Virus record (IMG/VR): IMGVR_UViG_3300011116_000922
Coordinates: 1-64,000 of that record
Direction: 5' to 3' (one strand)
From: a virus
DNA length: 64,000 nt
The position numbers were made by a program, and so were the translations under genes. The notes beneath the pieces were generated by a model. The model was not told where the DNA came from and did no database searches. It saw only the letters and a program-made list of their open reading frames with translations. Numbering within the stretch: the first letter of the stretch is position 1; every line of letters starts with the position of its first letter. Shown piece by piece: positions 45,839 to 56,074 of the stretch.

Positions 45839-47553
45839 TCCAATTTACTAAAATTCGTTGGAAGAACCTGTTAAGCACAGGCAATACATTCACCGAGGTG
45901 CGGTTGGACAAGTCTCCAACCACTCTTGTGTGTGGCGAAAACGGTGCGGGTAAGACCACGCTGTTGGATGCCATCACATTCGTGCTGTACGGAAAGCCGT
46001 ACCGTGGGGTGAATCTACCGCAGTTGGTGAACTCCATCAACGGCAAGGACTGTCTTGTGGAGATTGAATTCTCTGCAAACGGCAATTCGTACAAGGTGAC
46101 CCGTGGTTTGGCTCCAAAGGTGTTTACAATGGAACTGAACGGCAAGCCCGTGGAACAGACGGCTAATGCCAAGGACTACCAAGCCATTCTTGAATCTCAA
46201 GTCCTGAAGATGAACTACAAGACTTTCTGTCAGGTAGTGATTCTTGGCTCAACGAACTACATTCCGTTCATGCGTTTAGCCGCAGCAGACCGCCGAAACA
46301 TTGTTGAGAACCTGTTGGACATTGATGTGTTCTCCAAGATGAACGATATGCTGAAGTCACGCCTACAGGACTCAAAGGAGTCGCTGCGCGGAATCGAAAA
46401 CGAGATCAGCACACTCAAACTAAAGAGTGAACACAAGCAGGATTTGATTTCAAAAATCGAACAGAAGTCCGACTCTCAACTGGAGTCGTACCGCAATTCT
46501 GAAGCGGAAGAGCAGAAGACATTGGATGCCCTGCTTGAAAAGAAAGCAGAACTGCAAAAGACCGTGGAAGAACTGGCAGCAAGTTCTGCCGCGCTTGAAG
46601 CCAAGCGGGATTCGCTGAACCAATTCAACACCCTGAAGAAGCAGATGAACAGCGGCATCAAGAAAGCCCAAGAGGAGCGGGACTTCTACGAGAAGAACGA
46701 AGACTGCCCCGTGTGCAAGCACGATCTACCGCAGACCTTCCGCGATGAAATGATGTCCAAAAAGCAGACCCGGCAAACCGAACTGGAGACTGCCCTTTCC
46801 AAACTGGAGGAAATGATCTCCAAGGAAAAACAGGCTTTGGACAAGTTGCGCGAAGACACCGAGGCTGCTAGCGAGAACAAGACCGACATGACACGGACGG
46901 AATCCGCTATTGCTGCATCCAAGAAGTACATCAAGCAGTTGCGGGATCTGCAAGCCAAGACCATTGCCGAGCGCGACAGCATTCAGGTGGAACGCCAAGC
47001 ACTCGCGGAAATTCATGCTGTACAAGAAGGCAAGGAAACCGAACGCCGAACCTCCGTGGAAGACATCCACACAATGGAGATTGCAACCGTGCTACTCAAG
47101 GACAGCGGCATCAAGCGCAAGATCATCAAGAAGTACATTCCCGCACTCAACAAGATTATTAACAAGTACTTGGTGACAATGGACTTCTTTGCCCAGTTCA
47201 CGCTGAACGAGGATTTCGTGGAGATCATCAAGAGTCGCCACCGTGACGAGTTCTCCTATGAGAACTTCAGCGAAGGCGAGAAACTGCGTATTGATGTGTC
47301 CCTCCTGTTGGCATGGCGGGATATTGCTAAAATGAAGAATTCGGCAAACACCAATTTGTTGATATTGGATGAAGTATTTGATTCTTCGCTTGACGCTGTT
47401 GGCACGGAAGAGATCATCAAGATCCTGCAAAATATGGGTGCAGCAAACAATGTATTCGTAATTAGCCACAAATCCGACCAACTCCTAGACAAGTTTGGTA
47501 ACATACTTACATTCAAGAAGGTGAACAACTTTAGCCGTCTATGCACACCATGA
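45835..47553 (+). CDS. gp46: Recombination ATPase gp46 (Rad50/SbcC-like)
   Basis: GENGAGKTT, zinc hook CPVC, FSEGEK, LDEVFDSSLD, ISH. Confidence 0.97.
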   Translation: MIQFTKIRWKNLLSTGNTFTEVRLDKSPTTLVCGENGAGKTTLLDAITFVLYGKPYRGVNLPQLVNSINGKDCLVEIEFSANGNSYKVTRGLAPKVFTMELNGKPVEQTANAKDYQAILESQVLKMNYKTFCQVVILGSTNYIPFMRLAAADRRNIVENLLDIDVFSKMNDMLKSRLQDSKESLRGIENEISTLKLKSEHKQDLISKIEQKSDSQLESYRNSEAEEQKTLDALLEKKAELQKTVEELAASSAALEAKRDSLNQFNTLKKQMNSGIKKAQEERDFYEKNEDCPVCKHDLPQTFRDEMMSKKQTRQTELETALSKLEEMISKEKQALDKLREDTEAASENKTDMTRTESAIAASKKYIKQLRDLQAKTIAERDSIQVERQALAEIHAVQEGKETERRTSVEDIHTMEIATVLLKDSGIKRKIIKKYIPALNKIINKYLVTMDFFAQFTLNEDFVEIIKSRHRDEFSYENFSEGEKLRIDVSLLLAWRDIAKMKNSANTNLLILDEVFDSSLDAVGTEEIIKILQNMGAANNVFVISHKSDQLLDKFGNILTFKKVNNFSRLCTP

Positions 47554-48656
47554 GCAAGAAACTATCCAAGGAACGAGTACAGCGCATCCTGAATGGCGGA
47601 TCAGAACCCGTGTTCTCCCCGGAGGACACGGCAACGGACGAAGCCAAGGATCTTGTCCTGAATCGCGGTCTGTATTTCTACAGGCAGTCGTTTTCCCAAA
47701 ACGATGCCAAGGAATGGATTGCTGATTGGCTAGAAGCCAAGGGGCGTGGCGAGGACGCTAAACTGGTGTCCCGTGCCTCCAAGAGCGATCTGCGGTTGGT
47801 GTCGCCGTACTGCCGCATGGAGTCCCGTGGATTCCCGTTTAATGCCGTTCAGCAAGCCATGATTCAAAAATACATGGATCAACTGCTTGCGGAAGCCCGA
47901 TCCAATGCACCCGCAGAGGATGCTGTTCCAAATATTCAGGAACGCCTTCGTGCCAAGGCAGACGAAACCCTATCGGAACTGGAACCACTACTGGATGAGA
48001 CATTCACCGGGGTGGCAGAGAAGCGGTATAAGCCCGTTATAGCCGCGTGGATTGCCTCCAAGGACATGACGCGCCCTACGGCTATCATTGTGCGTGATCG
48101 CCTAGAAATGGTTATAAACGAGGTTACGGCAGCGTACAGCAACAGCGACCCGGATCTAGCAGAGGGCTATTCATATTTGAAACGCCCTGCCCTGAAGCGG
48201 GTGGTTAAAATATTTGAAGAAGCCGTTGCTGCGTTAAATCAAAAAATCAGCGGCATGAAGTCTACCCGCAAGCCCCGTAAGCCACGCAAGGTGAATCCCG
48301 AAAAATTGGTCAAGGGGTTCAAGTATCTGCCAAAAGATACAAAGTTTGGCTTTACTTCACTGGATCCGCGTGGTATAGTTGGGGCACAAGGATTGATCGT
48401 GTTTAACACCAAGAACAACAAGGCAACCGTGTTCCTAGCCGCTGAACCCAAGGTGGGGTTGAGTGTCAAGGGATCCACCGTGATTGGATGGAACGCCGAG
48501 CGTTCGTATGAGAAGACTGTTCGCAAGCCTGAGCAATGGCTAAAGCAGTCCAGTGGTTTTGGTGGCATGAACAAGTCGCTTGAAGAAGTGAAAACCAAGT
48601 CCGCAACCCCAACAGGGAGGATCAACAAGCACTGCTTGTTGGTTAGAATCTTTTGA
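47550..48656 (+). CDS. Hypothetical protein
   Basis: ATGA-coupled to gp46; EGYS, RKPRKPRK, VKGSTV.G, KTVRKP, GRIN motifs; no function recognised. Confidence 0.75.
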   Translation: MSKKLSKERVQRILNGGSEPVFSPEDTATDEAKDLVLNRGLYFYRQSFSQNDAKEWIADWLEAKGRGEDAKLVSRASKSDLRLVSPYCRMESRGFPFNAVQQAMIQKYMDQLLAEARSNAPAEDAVPNIQERLRAKADETLSELEPLLDETFTGVAEKRYKPVIAAWIASKDMTRPTAIIVRDRLEMVINEVTAAYSNSDPDLAEGYSYLKRPALKRVVKIFEEAVAALNQKISGMKSTRKPRKPRKVNPEKLVKGFKYLPKDTKFGFTSLDPRGIVGAQGLIVFNTKNNKATVFLAAEPKVGLSVKGSTVIGWNAERSYEKTVRKPEQWLKQSSGFGGMNKSLEEVKTKSATPTGRINKHCLLVRIF

Positions 48657-49507
48657 TCCTAGTAGACAACAGCCAAGTAATCATGTCGTCCTTGTTCGCA
48701 CAACGCAACTTGGACTACACCGATGAGTCCCTGATTCGTCACATGGTGCTGAACACCTACCGTATGTACCGAAAGCGTTTCGGCAAGGAATACGGTGAAC
48801 TGGTGCTGTGCCAAGAAGGTCGCGGCGGTGAGCATTCGTGGCGGCGCAAGTACTTTCCCCACTACAAGGCAGCACGGCGTGAGTCCCGCAAGGACAATCC
48901 TGATATGTGGAAGCGATTCTACGAGATCATGGATACCGTTCGCACGGAAGTCAAGGAAGTGTTTCCGTATCGTAACATTTCCATGACCGGATGCGAGGCA
49001 GATGATGTGATTGCTGTGCTTACTCGCAATCTGCACGGGCAGGAGCCTGTAATGATTTTGAGTGGCGACAAGGACTTTGGGCAACTGCAAATCTATCCCG
49101 GTGTCAAGCAGTATTCCCCCATGCAGAAGAAATTTGTAGTGGTAGACAATCCAAAGAGTTACCTGTTTGAACATATCGTGAAAGGTGATTCCTCTGATGG
49201 CGTTCCCAATGTGCTGTCGGATGACGATTGCTTTGTAACAGACTTCAAGAGACAGAAGCCTATTACCCGCAAGCGTCTAGAGGAATTGGAGAAGTCTTGG
49301 GCTGAAACGGGCAAGGTTCCTGATGCAGTTGCAGCCAACTGGAACAGAAACGAGACTCTGATCTCGCATCTGTGTATTCCTTCAGAGTACGAAACCCGTA
49401 TCATGGAGGAATGGAACAAACCATTCACCGCTAATCGTTCAAAGATTTTGAACTACATGATTAGCAAAGGCTTGAAGAACCTTATTTCCGATATAGGAGA
49501 CTTTTGA
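48653..49507 (+). CDS. rnh: RNase H / 5'-3' flap exonuclease
   Basis: ILVD, WRR..FP.YKA.R, EADDVIA, SGDKDF.QL, GDSSDGVPN. Confidence 0.95.
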   Translation: MILVDNSQVIMSSLFAQRNLDYTDESLIRHMVLNTYRMYRKRFGKEYGELVLCQEGRGGEHSWRRKYFPHYKAARRESRKDNPDMWKRFYEIMDTVRTEVKEVFPYRNISMTGCEADDVIAVLTRNLHGQEPVMILSGDKDFGQLQIYPGVKQYSPMQKKFVVVDNPKSYLFEHIVKGDSSDGVPNVLSDDDCFVTDFKRQKPITRKRLEELEKSWAETGKVPDAVAANWNRNETLISHLCIPSEYETRIMEEWNKPFTANRSKILNYMISKGLKNLISDIGDF

Positions 49508-49686
49508 TGGAACAGCCAAGAAACTGGGACGATATGGATCGTGCCGCAAAGAAGGCTCGTAAGAGTGCTTCAGTAAAGAAGAAGCGTGGAAAGCGGCATC
49601 AAGACCGCCAAGATTTGCGTAGTTGGGTAGACGATCTAAATGCAGGAAGAAAGGGACGATTCGATGAGTACGGCGATGAAAACTGA
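49507..49686 (+). CDS. Small basic hypothetical protein
   Basis: GGAG upstream, coupled to rnh; Lys/Arg-rich. Confidence 0.6.
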   Translation: MEQPRNWDDMDRAAKKARKSASVKKKRGKRHQDRQDLRSWVDDLNAGRKGRFDEYGDEN

Positions 49687-50368
49687 AACCATGAAAATCA
49701 GCAAGCGCACCCTAGACATTCTTAAGAATTTCGCGGGTATCAATTCGGGCATTCTTGTGAACGAGGGCAATACAATCAGTACGCTCTCCAACACCAAGAG
49801 CATTTTTGCCGAAGCCAAGGTGGACGAGACTTTCGCACGGCAGTTTGCCCTGTGGGATCTCAACAAGTTCCTTGGCACGGTGAGTCTGTTCAAGGATCCC
49901 GAGTTCATCTTTGAACAGAACCATATCACGATCACAAACGGCAAGTCCAGTTTGAAGTATTACTACTGTGATCCCAAATTGGTGTTGTCCACCAACAAGA
50001 AGATCAATATGCCAAAGGCAGTGGTTTCCTTCACGCTGCTTGCCAAGGACTTCTCCGAACTGCTGAAGGCAGCATCGGTTCTGCAAGTGCAGCACCTGTG
50101 TGTTGAGCCTACGGAAGACGGAAAGAGTGTGCAGATTGTTGCCCGTGACAAGGACGACAGCACCTCCAATCAGTATTCGCTTATTGTGGGCGAGTACACC
50201 GGAGATGCGGACTTTGAGTTCATTTTCGATGTGGAGAATCTGAAGATTCTGCCCGGTGATTATCAGGTGGAGATTTCCGAGAAGGTGGTGAGCAAGTTCT
50301 CAAACAAGAACGAGCCGCTGTCTTACTGGATTGCTCTCCACGCGGATTCTACTTACAAGGCGGGATAA
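49664..50368 (+). CDS. gp45: Sliding clamp gp45
   Basis: MKIS..TL.ILKNFAGIN, DLNKFL, ENLKILPGDY.V, YWIAL. Start uncertain. Confidence 0.95.
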   Translation: MSTAMKTETMKISKRTLDILKNFAGINSGILVNEGNTISTLSNTKSIFAEAKVDETFARQFALWDLNKFLGTVSLFKDPEFIFEQNHITITNGKSSLKYYYCDPKLVLSTNKKINMPKAVVSFTLLAKDFSELLKAASVLQVQHLCVEPTEDGKSVQIVARDKDDSTSNQYSLIVGEYTGDADFEFIFDVENLKILPGDYQVEISEKVVSKFSNKNEPLSYWIALHADSTYKAG

Positions 50369-50438
50369 TTCGTTTTGGTCTGATCCTAAACCAAGGTAGT
50401 TAGTTGAAAACTATCGTTCCTCCTGTAATATGTATACT

Positions 50439-51392
50439 ATGAAGATCAATACAAACATAATCGGACTTTGGACGGAAACATACAGACCACAGACCATAGA
50501 AGACTGCATCTTGCCACAGGACACACAGGATGCGTTTAACACAATGGTGCAGCGCAACGAACCGCAGAACTTGCTCCTGTCAGGTGGAGCGGGTTGCGGA
50601 AAGACTTCTGTGGCAAAGGCACTGTGCAACGATCTTGGTTGCGATTGGTTGATGGTTAACTGTTCTGAAGACGGAAACATCGACACCCTACGCACCAAGA
50701 TTCGTCAGTTTGCGTCCACGGTATCCCTCACCGAAGGCGTGAAGAAGGTGGTCATTCTAGACGAGTTTGACTATTCCAATGCACAGTCCACTCAACCTGC
50801 CCTTCGCGGTTTCATTGAGGAGTTCGCGGCTAACTGCCGATTCATTCTGACTTGCAACTTCAAGAACCGGGTGATTGAGCCGCTGCACTCCCGATGCACC
50901 TGCATCGACTTCAGAATTCCGCAGAAGGAAAAGGCTAAACTCGCGGTTCGCTTCCTGAAGCGGGCAGAAGAAATTCTGAAGCGCGAGGGCATTGAGTACG
51001 ATCAGAAGGTTGTGGCTCAACTGGTGGGCAAGCACTTCCCGGATTTCCGGCGTACCCTGAACGAGTTGCAGCGGTATTCCGCTAGCGGCAAGATTGATGT
51101 GGGCATCCTGAATTCCATTGCCGATGTGCAGATCAAGGAATTGGTCAAGTGCATGAAGGGCAAGGACTTTGCGGGTGTTCGCAAGTGGGTGGTGGAGAAC
51201 TTGGATAATGACTCCACCCGAGTGTTCCGTGCAGTCTATGACGGGCTGTACGAGAACTTGGAGGGCGGCTCCATTCCTCAAGCCATCCTGATTCTTGCGG
51301 ATTACCAGTACAAGGCAGCATTTGCTGCGGACGCAGAAATCAACCTGACCGCTTGCATGGCACAACTAATGATGGAGTGCAAGTTCAAGTGA
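50439..51392 (+). CDS. gp44: Clamp loader large subunit gp44
   Basis: LW.E.YRP, GGAGCGKTS, ILDEFD, LHSRC, FPDFRR.LNELQRY. Confidence 0.96.
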   Translation: MKINTNIIGLWTETYRPQTIEDCILPQDTQDAFNTMVQRNEPQNLLLSGGAGCGKTSVAKALCNDLGCDWLMVNCSEDGNIDTLRTKIRQFASTVSLTEGVKKVVILDEFDYSNAQSTQPALRGFIEEFAANCRFILTCNFKNRVIEPLHSRCTCIDFRIPQKEKAKLAVRFLKRAEEILKREGIEYDQKVVAQLVGKHFPDFRRTLNELQRYSASGKIDVGILNSIADVQIKELVKCMKGKDFAGVRKWVVENLDNDSTRVFRAVYDGLYENLEGGSIPQAILILADYQYKAAFAADAEINLTACMAQLMMECKFK

Positions 51393-51649
51393 GCAAATTC
51401 ACGCCCAACAAGGGCATGGAATACGAGGATCTTCTGATGCGGAATCAGCAGTACGCAGCAGAGATTGAACGGCTTCACATCGCTCTAGGGAATGCTCTAC
51501 AGGAACGCAATCATCTGCAAACCGAATGTAATAAAGTAAAGCGAATGTATTGCAGAGTAGTTGCGTATCACGATATAACATACCGGACTCCCGAAGACCT
51601 TGCCAATGATAAAAATTGGGACTGCTTCAAGGAGGACACCAATGTCTGA
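51389..51649 (+). CDS. Hypothetical coiled-coil protein
   Basis: GTG overlapping the gp44 stop; heptad-like pattern. Confidence 0.55.
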   Translation: MSKFTPNKGMEYEDLLMRNQQYAAEIERLHIALGNALQERNHLQTECNKVKRMYCRVVAYHDITYRTPEDLANDKNWDCFKEDTNV

Positions 51650-51721
51650 CCCATCAGTTCCCAAAGAATACTTTGTGATGTTCTGCGTAACCCTGCCCAT
51701 CATTCTCAAGTATTAATCCCA

Positions 51722-52108
51722 ATGAGCCATCAACTTTCTGATTATTTGAAAGCCATCAACGAAACCAAAGAGCCGTTGATGGACACCCCCGAGTGGGGCA
51801 AGCCGTCCTATCCTGCATTCGTGGTGGGTCGGTGTCTGTCGTATTTCCCCGATACCCTGTTCGCGGTAAACGAGATGAATACCCGTGCCCACATCGACCC
51901 CAAGATGCACTTTGACTTTCTGCGCGGTGCTGTGCGAAAGCGCAAGCGGTTCTCCAAGTGGCTTAAGCGGGAAAGCGATGAGCGAGTGCAAGCCCTGATT
52001 GAGTACTACGGGTTCTCTGCCAAGAAGGCACGGGAAGCCTTGCTTGTGCTGACCGAAGCACAAGTTTCTGAAATAATGGACGCTGTTTCGAAGGGTGGAA
52101 AGCCGTAG
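51722..52108 (+). CDS. gp62: Clamp loader small subunit gp62
   Basis: YL.AIN.TK, CLSYFPDT...NEMN, RKRKRFSKW, YYGFS..KA. Confidence 0.95.
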   Translation: MSHQLSDYLKAINETKEPLMDTPEWGKPSYPAFVVGRCLSYFPDTLFAVNEMNTRAHIDPKMHFDFLRGAVRKRKRFSKWLKRESDERVQALIEYYGFSAKKAREALLVLTEAQVSEIMDAVSKGGKP

Positions 52109-52112
52109 TGGA

Positions 52113-52119
52113 CTAAATA
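52113..52119 (+). promoter_or_regulatory. Late promoter-like CTAAATA before regA
   Basis: Intergenic copy of the motif seen before gp13 and gp22. Confidence 0.6.
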
Positions 52120-52155
52120 GTTCCGTGTCACATAATTTTAGAAAGTGGTATAGAC

Positions 52156-52596
52156 ATGGAACAACCCAACGAACGATACATTGATCTTGAACCCAAAGAC
52201 CTACTGGAAGTAACAATTGCAAAGCCTGATGACTTCCTGAAGGTGCGTGAAACCCTGACCCGAATCGGGGTATCTTCTCGTAAAGAAAAGAAACTGTGGC
52301 AGTCCTGCCATATCCTGCACAAGCGCGGCAAATACTATATTGTCCACTTCAAGGAAATGTTTGCACTGGATGATCTGCCCACCTCTATTGACTCCGAGGA
52401 CATTGGACGGCGCAACACCATTGCGTGTCTGCTTGAGGAGTGGGGGCTGCTAAAGATCGTGGACAAGAACAGGATTGCAGACAAGGTTCCCCTCAACAAA
52501 ATAAAGATCCTTCCCTATAAAGAAAAGGGAGAGTGGGAATTGTGTCCTAAATACCACATAGGACGCAGCAAGCCCGGTAGCAAATCAGAAGACTAA
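52156..52596 (+). CDS. regA: Translational repressor RegA
   Basis: DDFLKVRETLTRIG, QSCHILHK.G.YYIVHFKE, RRN.IA.LL..WGL. Confidence 0.97.
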   Translation: MEQPNERYIDLEPKDLLEVTIAKPDDFLKVRETLTRIGVSSRKEKKLWQSCHILHKRGKYYIVHFKEMFALDDLPTSIDSEDIGRRNTIACLLEEWGLLKIVDKNRIADKVPLNKIKILPYKEKGEWELCPKYHIGRSKPGSKSED

Positions 52597-52617
52597 ACTA
52601 AACAGGAGATATTCGTA

Positions 52618-53307
52618 ATGAGCCGACTAGTGATTAAGTTCCCAACGCGGAACCGCCCTGATAAATTCAAAGCCGTTTTCACCCGATACCAAACTTTCTT
52701 AAGCGGACAGCACGATGTTCGTTTCATCATCACGATGGACGAAGACGATGCCACCATGAACAACCCGGAAATGCACCAGTGGATTTCCACTCGCGCACGG
52801 AACGCACAGATTGAGTGCTTCTACGGGCAGTCCAAGAGCAAGATCGAAGCCTGTAATGCCAACCTAGAAGGCGTGGACGGCGATGTGCTGCTGCTTGCGT
52901 CTGATGACATGGTGCCCGTGCAGATGGGTTACGATGAGATTATCTTCAAGTGCTTTGAACACGCATTCCCTGATTTTGATGGTGCCATCAAGTTTTGGGA
53001 TGGGCTGCGCCCCAAGGAAGATCCCCTGATGACCTTGATGGTCATGGGGTTCCCCCTGTACAAGCGGTTTGGATATGTGTACAATCCTGAATACAAGTCC
53101 CTGTACTGCGACAACGAGCAGACACAGGTGTGTGCCGCGCTGAACAAGTTGCGCCGCTGCGACATGTGCATCGTGCAGCACCAGTGGAGTGGTGAGCCGT
53201 GGGACGAACTCCATGCAAGAAATGAGAACGCAGAAATGTACGGTGTGGACGGGGAGACATTCAAGAGGCGTGCTGCTAATAAATTTTACATGGAGAATGT
53301 AAAATGA
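52618..53307 (+). CDS. GT-A (GT2-like) glycosyltransferase
   Basis: FPTRNRP, SKIEACN, LLLASDDM, YCDNE. Confidence 0.75.
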   Translation: MSRLVIKFPTRNRPDKFKAVFTRYQTFLSGQHDVRFIITMDEDDATMNNPEMHQWISTRARNAQIECFYGQSKSKIEACNANLEGVDGDVLLLASDDMVPVQMGYDEIIFKCFEHAFPDFDGAIKFWDGLRPKEDPLMTLMVMGFPLYKRFGYVYNPEYKSLYCDNEQTQVCAALNKLRRCDMCIVQHQWSGEPWDELHARNENAEMYGVDGETFKRRAANKFYMENVK

Positions 53308-53945
53308 AAACTATTAGACACTATTGCAACGAATCAATTTTTGAACAGCAACTGTTCACCTATCCAAATTTGTATAGAGCAATGGTTCAACATTTTGGAA
53401 CCGGAAGTCATTTCGTGGAAATTGGATGCTGGAAAGGACAATCTGCTTCTTTCATGGCAGTAGAAATACACAATTCAAGAAAAAAAATCAAGTTCGACTG
53501 TGTGGATCATTGGTCTGATGGAGAGGGATGTCCGAATCCAACATGGATGCCCACTGATAAAACACTGTTTGAGGTTTTTTTGAGTAATACGGAAAGGGTA
53601 AACCATATCATAACTCCAGTGCGGATGCGGTCTACGGATGCTGCAAACAAATATTGGGACAACTCTCTTGATTTTGTGTTTATTGATGGCGATCATTCCT
53701 ACGAAGCATGTAAGGAAGATATACTTGCATGGCTTCCAAAAATGAAAACCGGATCCATTTTGGCAGGACATGATTACGGATGGTGTCCTGAAGTCCAAAA
53801 TGCGGTTCACGATGTTTTGGGAGAAAGAATTGAAAAAATTGAAGACCAACACGGTGTTCGATACAAGTCCTATAGCGATCCGTGGGGAGAAGGCTGTTGG
53901 ATGGTTCAAGTAACTAGGAGCGAAAATGCCAGTACCAGCAAGTGA
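53304..53945 (+). CDS. Class I SAM methyltransferase (Methyltransf_24-like)
   Basis: VEIGCWKGQS, LDFVFIDGDHSYE, LAGHDY. Confidence 0.88.
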   Translation: MKTIRHYCNESIFEQQLFTYPNLYRAMVQHFGTGSHFVEIGCWKGQSASFMAVEIHNSRKKIKFDCVDHWSDGEGCPNPTWMPTDKTLFEVFLSNTERVNHIITPVRMRSTDAANKYWDNSLDFVFIDGDHSYEACKEDILAWLPKMKTGSILAGHDYGWCPEVQNAVHDVLGERIEKIEDQHGVRYKSYSDPWGEGCWMVQVTRSENASTSK

Positions 53946-54567
53946 AATTCTTTTAAGCATTCTTATTCTGTCTATTCCGTCCCGAATTGAAAAAGCCTGT
54001 AATCTAATCAAGACACTTGAGGGGCAGTTGGGAGATCGGCGGTCGGTTGAGATCCTGATGTTCAACGACAACCGTTCGCAGACCATTTCCGAAAAGCGGA
54101 ATGTGCTGCTCCATGCTGCCCGTGGACAGTTCGTTTGCTTCTTGGACGATGATGATCGTGTATCAACGGATTACATCGACCAGTTGCTGACGGCAATTGC
54201 TTCGGCTCCAAAGGTGGACTGCATTTCATTTAATCAGTTCTGCTCCATTGACGGCGAACCCATGAATGTGGAATTTGGCATGGGAAATCCTCACGGAATT
54301 CTGTGGCGCGATCCCGAAAACGGTGGTATGTTGGGAGACATTAAGCGTCCTCCGTATCATATGTGCGTGTTCCGCCGTGAAATCGCACAGAGCGAGGACT
54401 TTAATCCCATGACCGGAAAGAACGGGCAGTCCCACGGAGAGGACTTTGATTGGCTTATGCGGCTGTATCCCAAGATTCAGACGGAGCATCACATTGATGC
54501 GCCTCTCCACAATTATGTTTACGATTCCAAGACAACCACTTCACTAGTACCACAGGGAAACACATGA
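53926..54567 (+). CDS. GT2-like glycosyltransferase
   Basis: LSILI, KRN.L...ARG.FVCFLDDDD, GEDFDW. Confidence 0.85.
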   Translation: MPVPASEILLSILILSIPSRIEKACNLIKTLEGQLGDRRSVEILMFNDNRSQTISEKRNVLLHAARGQFVCFLDDDDRVSTDYIDQLLTAIASAPKVDCISFNQFCSIDGEPMNVEFGMGNPHGILWRDPENGGMLGDIKRPPYHMCVFRREIAQSEDFNPMTGKNGQSHGEDFDWLMRLYPKIQTEHHIDAPLHNYVYDSKTTTSLVPQGNT

Positions 54568-55277
54568 AGATTCTTCTAAATTATGCAAGCGGTGACAAGT
54601 TCAAGCACTCTCAAGTTCACAACAGCCAATCAGGGCTAGCAGCAGGATTCAATGTCATCTATCAGATGAGCGATGGCGACATTGACCGCAACTTCAAGAC
54701 CGAAAACCAAGGCATCCTGAAGGAGCGGCGCGGCGTGGGATACTGGCTGTGGAAGCCGTATTTCGTGGATCGTCTTATTTGGACAATGAGCGAAACCGAT
54801 GTACTGTTCTATGCGGATGCAGGATCGTATTTCGTGAAGCGCATGGATCCAATTTTTGAGGCTATTCAAAAGGACAGCAACGGCGTACTGGCATTCAATA
54901 TGTCCGGTGGGCACACCGAAAAGCACTGGACAAAGCGGGATGTGTTCCGTACCATTGGGGCAGAGACTCCCGACTACACCGATACTCCGCAGCGCATGGC
55001 AAGTTTCATGGTGTTCCGTGGAACTGCATTTGCAAAGGCACTGGTTCGTGAGTATTTGAATCTGTGCTGCAACCCCCATCTTGTAACGGATGATCCCAAT
55101 GTGGACGGATGGGTGGAACCGGGATTCCAAGACAACCGACACGATCAATCTATTTGGAGTGTCTTGACAAAGAAGCACCGGGTTGCTACACTACCTGACC
55201 CCACACAATGGGGGCTGCACCACAAGGAAACCACCGAAGCCGATGTGTTCATCAACCACACGCGAGATCCCCGATGA
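54564..55277 (+). CDS. Putative GT-A fold sugar transferase
   Basis: GVGYWLWKPY, LFYADAG, RHDQSIWSVL. Confidence 0.6.
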   Translation: MKILLNYASGDKFKHSQVHNSQSGLAAGFNVIYQMSDGDIDRNFKTENQGILKERRGVGYWLWKPYFVDRLIWTMSETDVLFYADAGSYFVKRMDPIFEAIQKDSNGVLAFNMSGGHTEKHWTKRDVFRTIGAETPDYTDTPQRMASFMVFRGTAFAKALVREYLNLCCNPHLVTDDPNVDGWVEPGFQDNRHDQSIWSVLTKKHRVATLPDPTQWGLHHKETTEADVFINHTRDPR

Positions 55278-56074
55278 AGATTGAAAAAGTCATTGTATCA
55301 ACGAATTCCAATCCGCTGTACTTTGACTTTTGGAAATCGTTTTCGTATGTGTGGAAGGAAAAGATGGGAGCCGATCCCGTCCTGATATACATCGACAAGG
55401 ATCCCCATGCTGCACAGATTGATGATCGGTGGGGTGAGGTAATCCGCGTAAAGACCGTGGATGGAGTTCCCGAATATCTGCAAACCCAGTGGTCGCGTTT
55501 TTTCTTTGCTCGTAATTTTCCTGATGCAGTCTGCATGACCAGTGATATTGATATGTACCCGCTGAACAAGCCTTACTTCATGGATGAGTTCAGTCTTGAC
55601 GGAAACTGGCATCTGCACTTGAACGGAAACGGAGTAACAGGAAAATACGATGATTGGATTACAGGAAAGTGCAATTTGACGGTTTGCTATCATGTGAATT
55701 ACGGAAAGCAGTTTCCTGCGATATTTGACATGGCAGACTCTTGGGAAGACGAGATCCGCAGACTCCATGCCATGAATCTAGGCAAGGATCAGTCACAGTG
55801 GGCAGAACACCTCAAGGGTATGGACAACTGGGGAGCAGAAGAAGACTACAGCACAGCAGTTCTTCGGAAAAAGGGTTCGGAGAATGCGCTCAAGGTGTAT
55901 GCCAAGGGGCTGTACGGACACCGATTTGATCGTTCATCGTGGGAGATATGCAGACAGGCAATGGACTCGCACAGGTTCGTTGACTGCCACTCTCTTCGTC
56001 CATTCGGGCAGAACCGAGATAAAATTCTAGAAGTGCTGTCCCACCATCACGGAGAACTAGATGATTCCATCTGA
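55274..56074 (+). CDS. Putative glycosyltransferase-like protein
   Basis: TSDIDM (DxD), WG.EE, DCH..RP; start refined to ATG 55274. Confidence 0.55.
   Translation: MKIEKVIVSTNSNPLYFDFWKSFSYVWKEKMGADPVLIYIDKDPHAAQIDDRWGEVIRVKTVDGVPEYLQTQWSRFFFARNFPDAVCMTSDIDMYPLNKPYFMDEFSLDGNWHLHLNGNGVTGKYDDWITGKCNLTVCYHVNYGKQFPAIFDMADSWEDEIRRLHAMNLGKDQSQWAEHLKGMDNWGAEEDYSTAVLRKKGSENALKVYAKGLYGHRFDRSSWEICRQAMDSHRFVDCHSLRPFGQNRDKILEVLSHHHGELDDSI

Noticed and set aside
50404-50438. Sigma70 promoter before gp44 (TTGAAA ... TAATAT/TATACT)
   Set aside because: Spacing and -10 choice are ambiguous; too weak to list as a feature.
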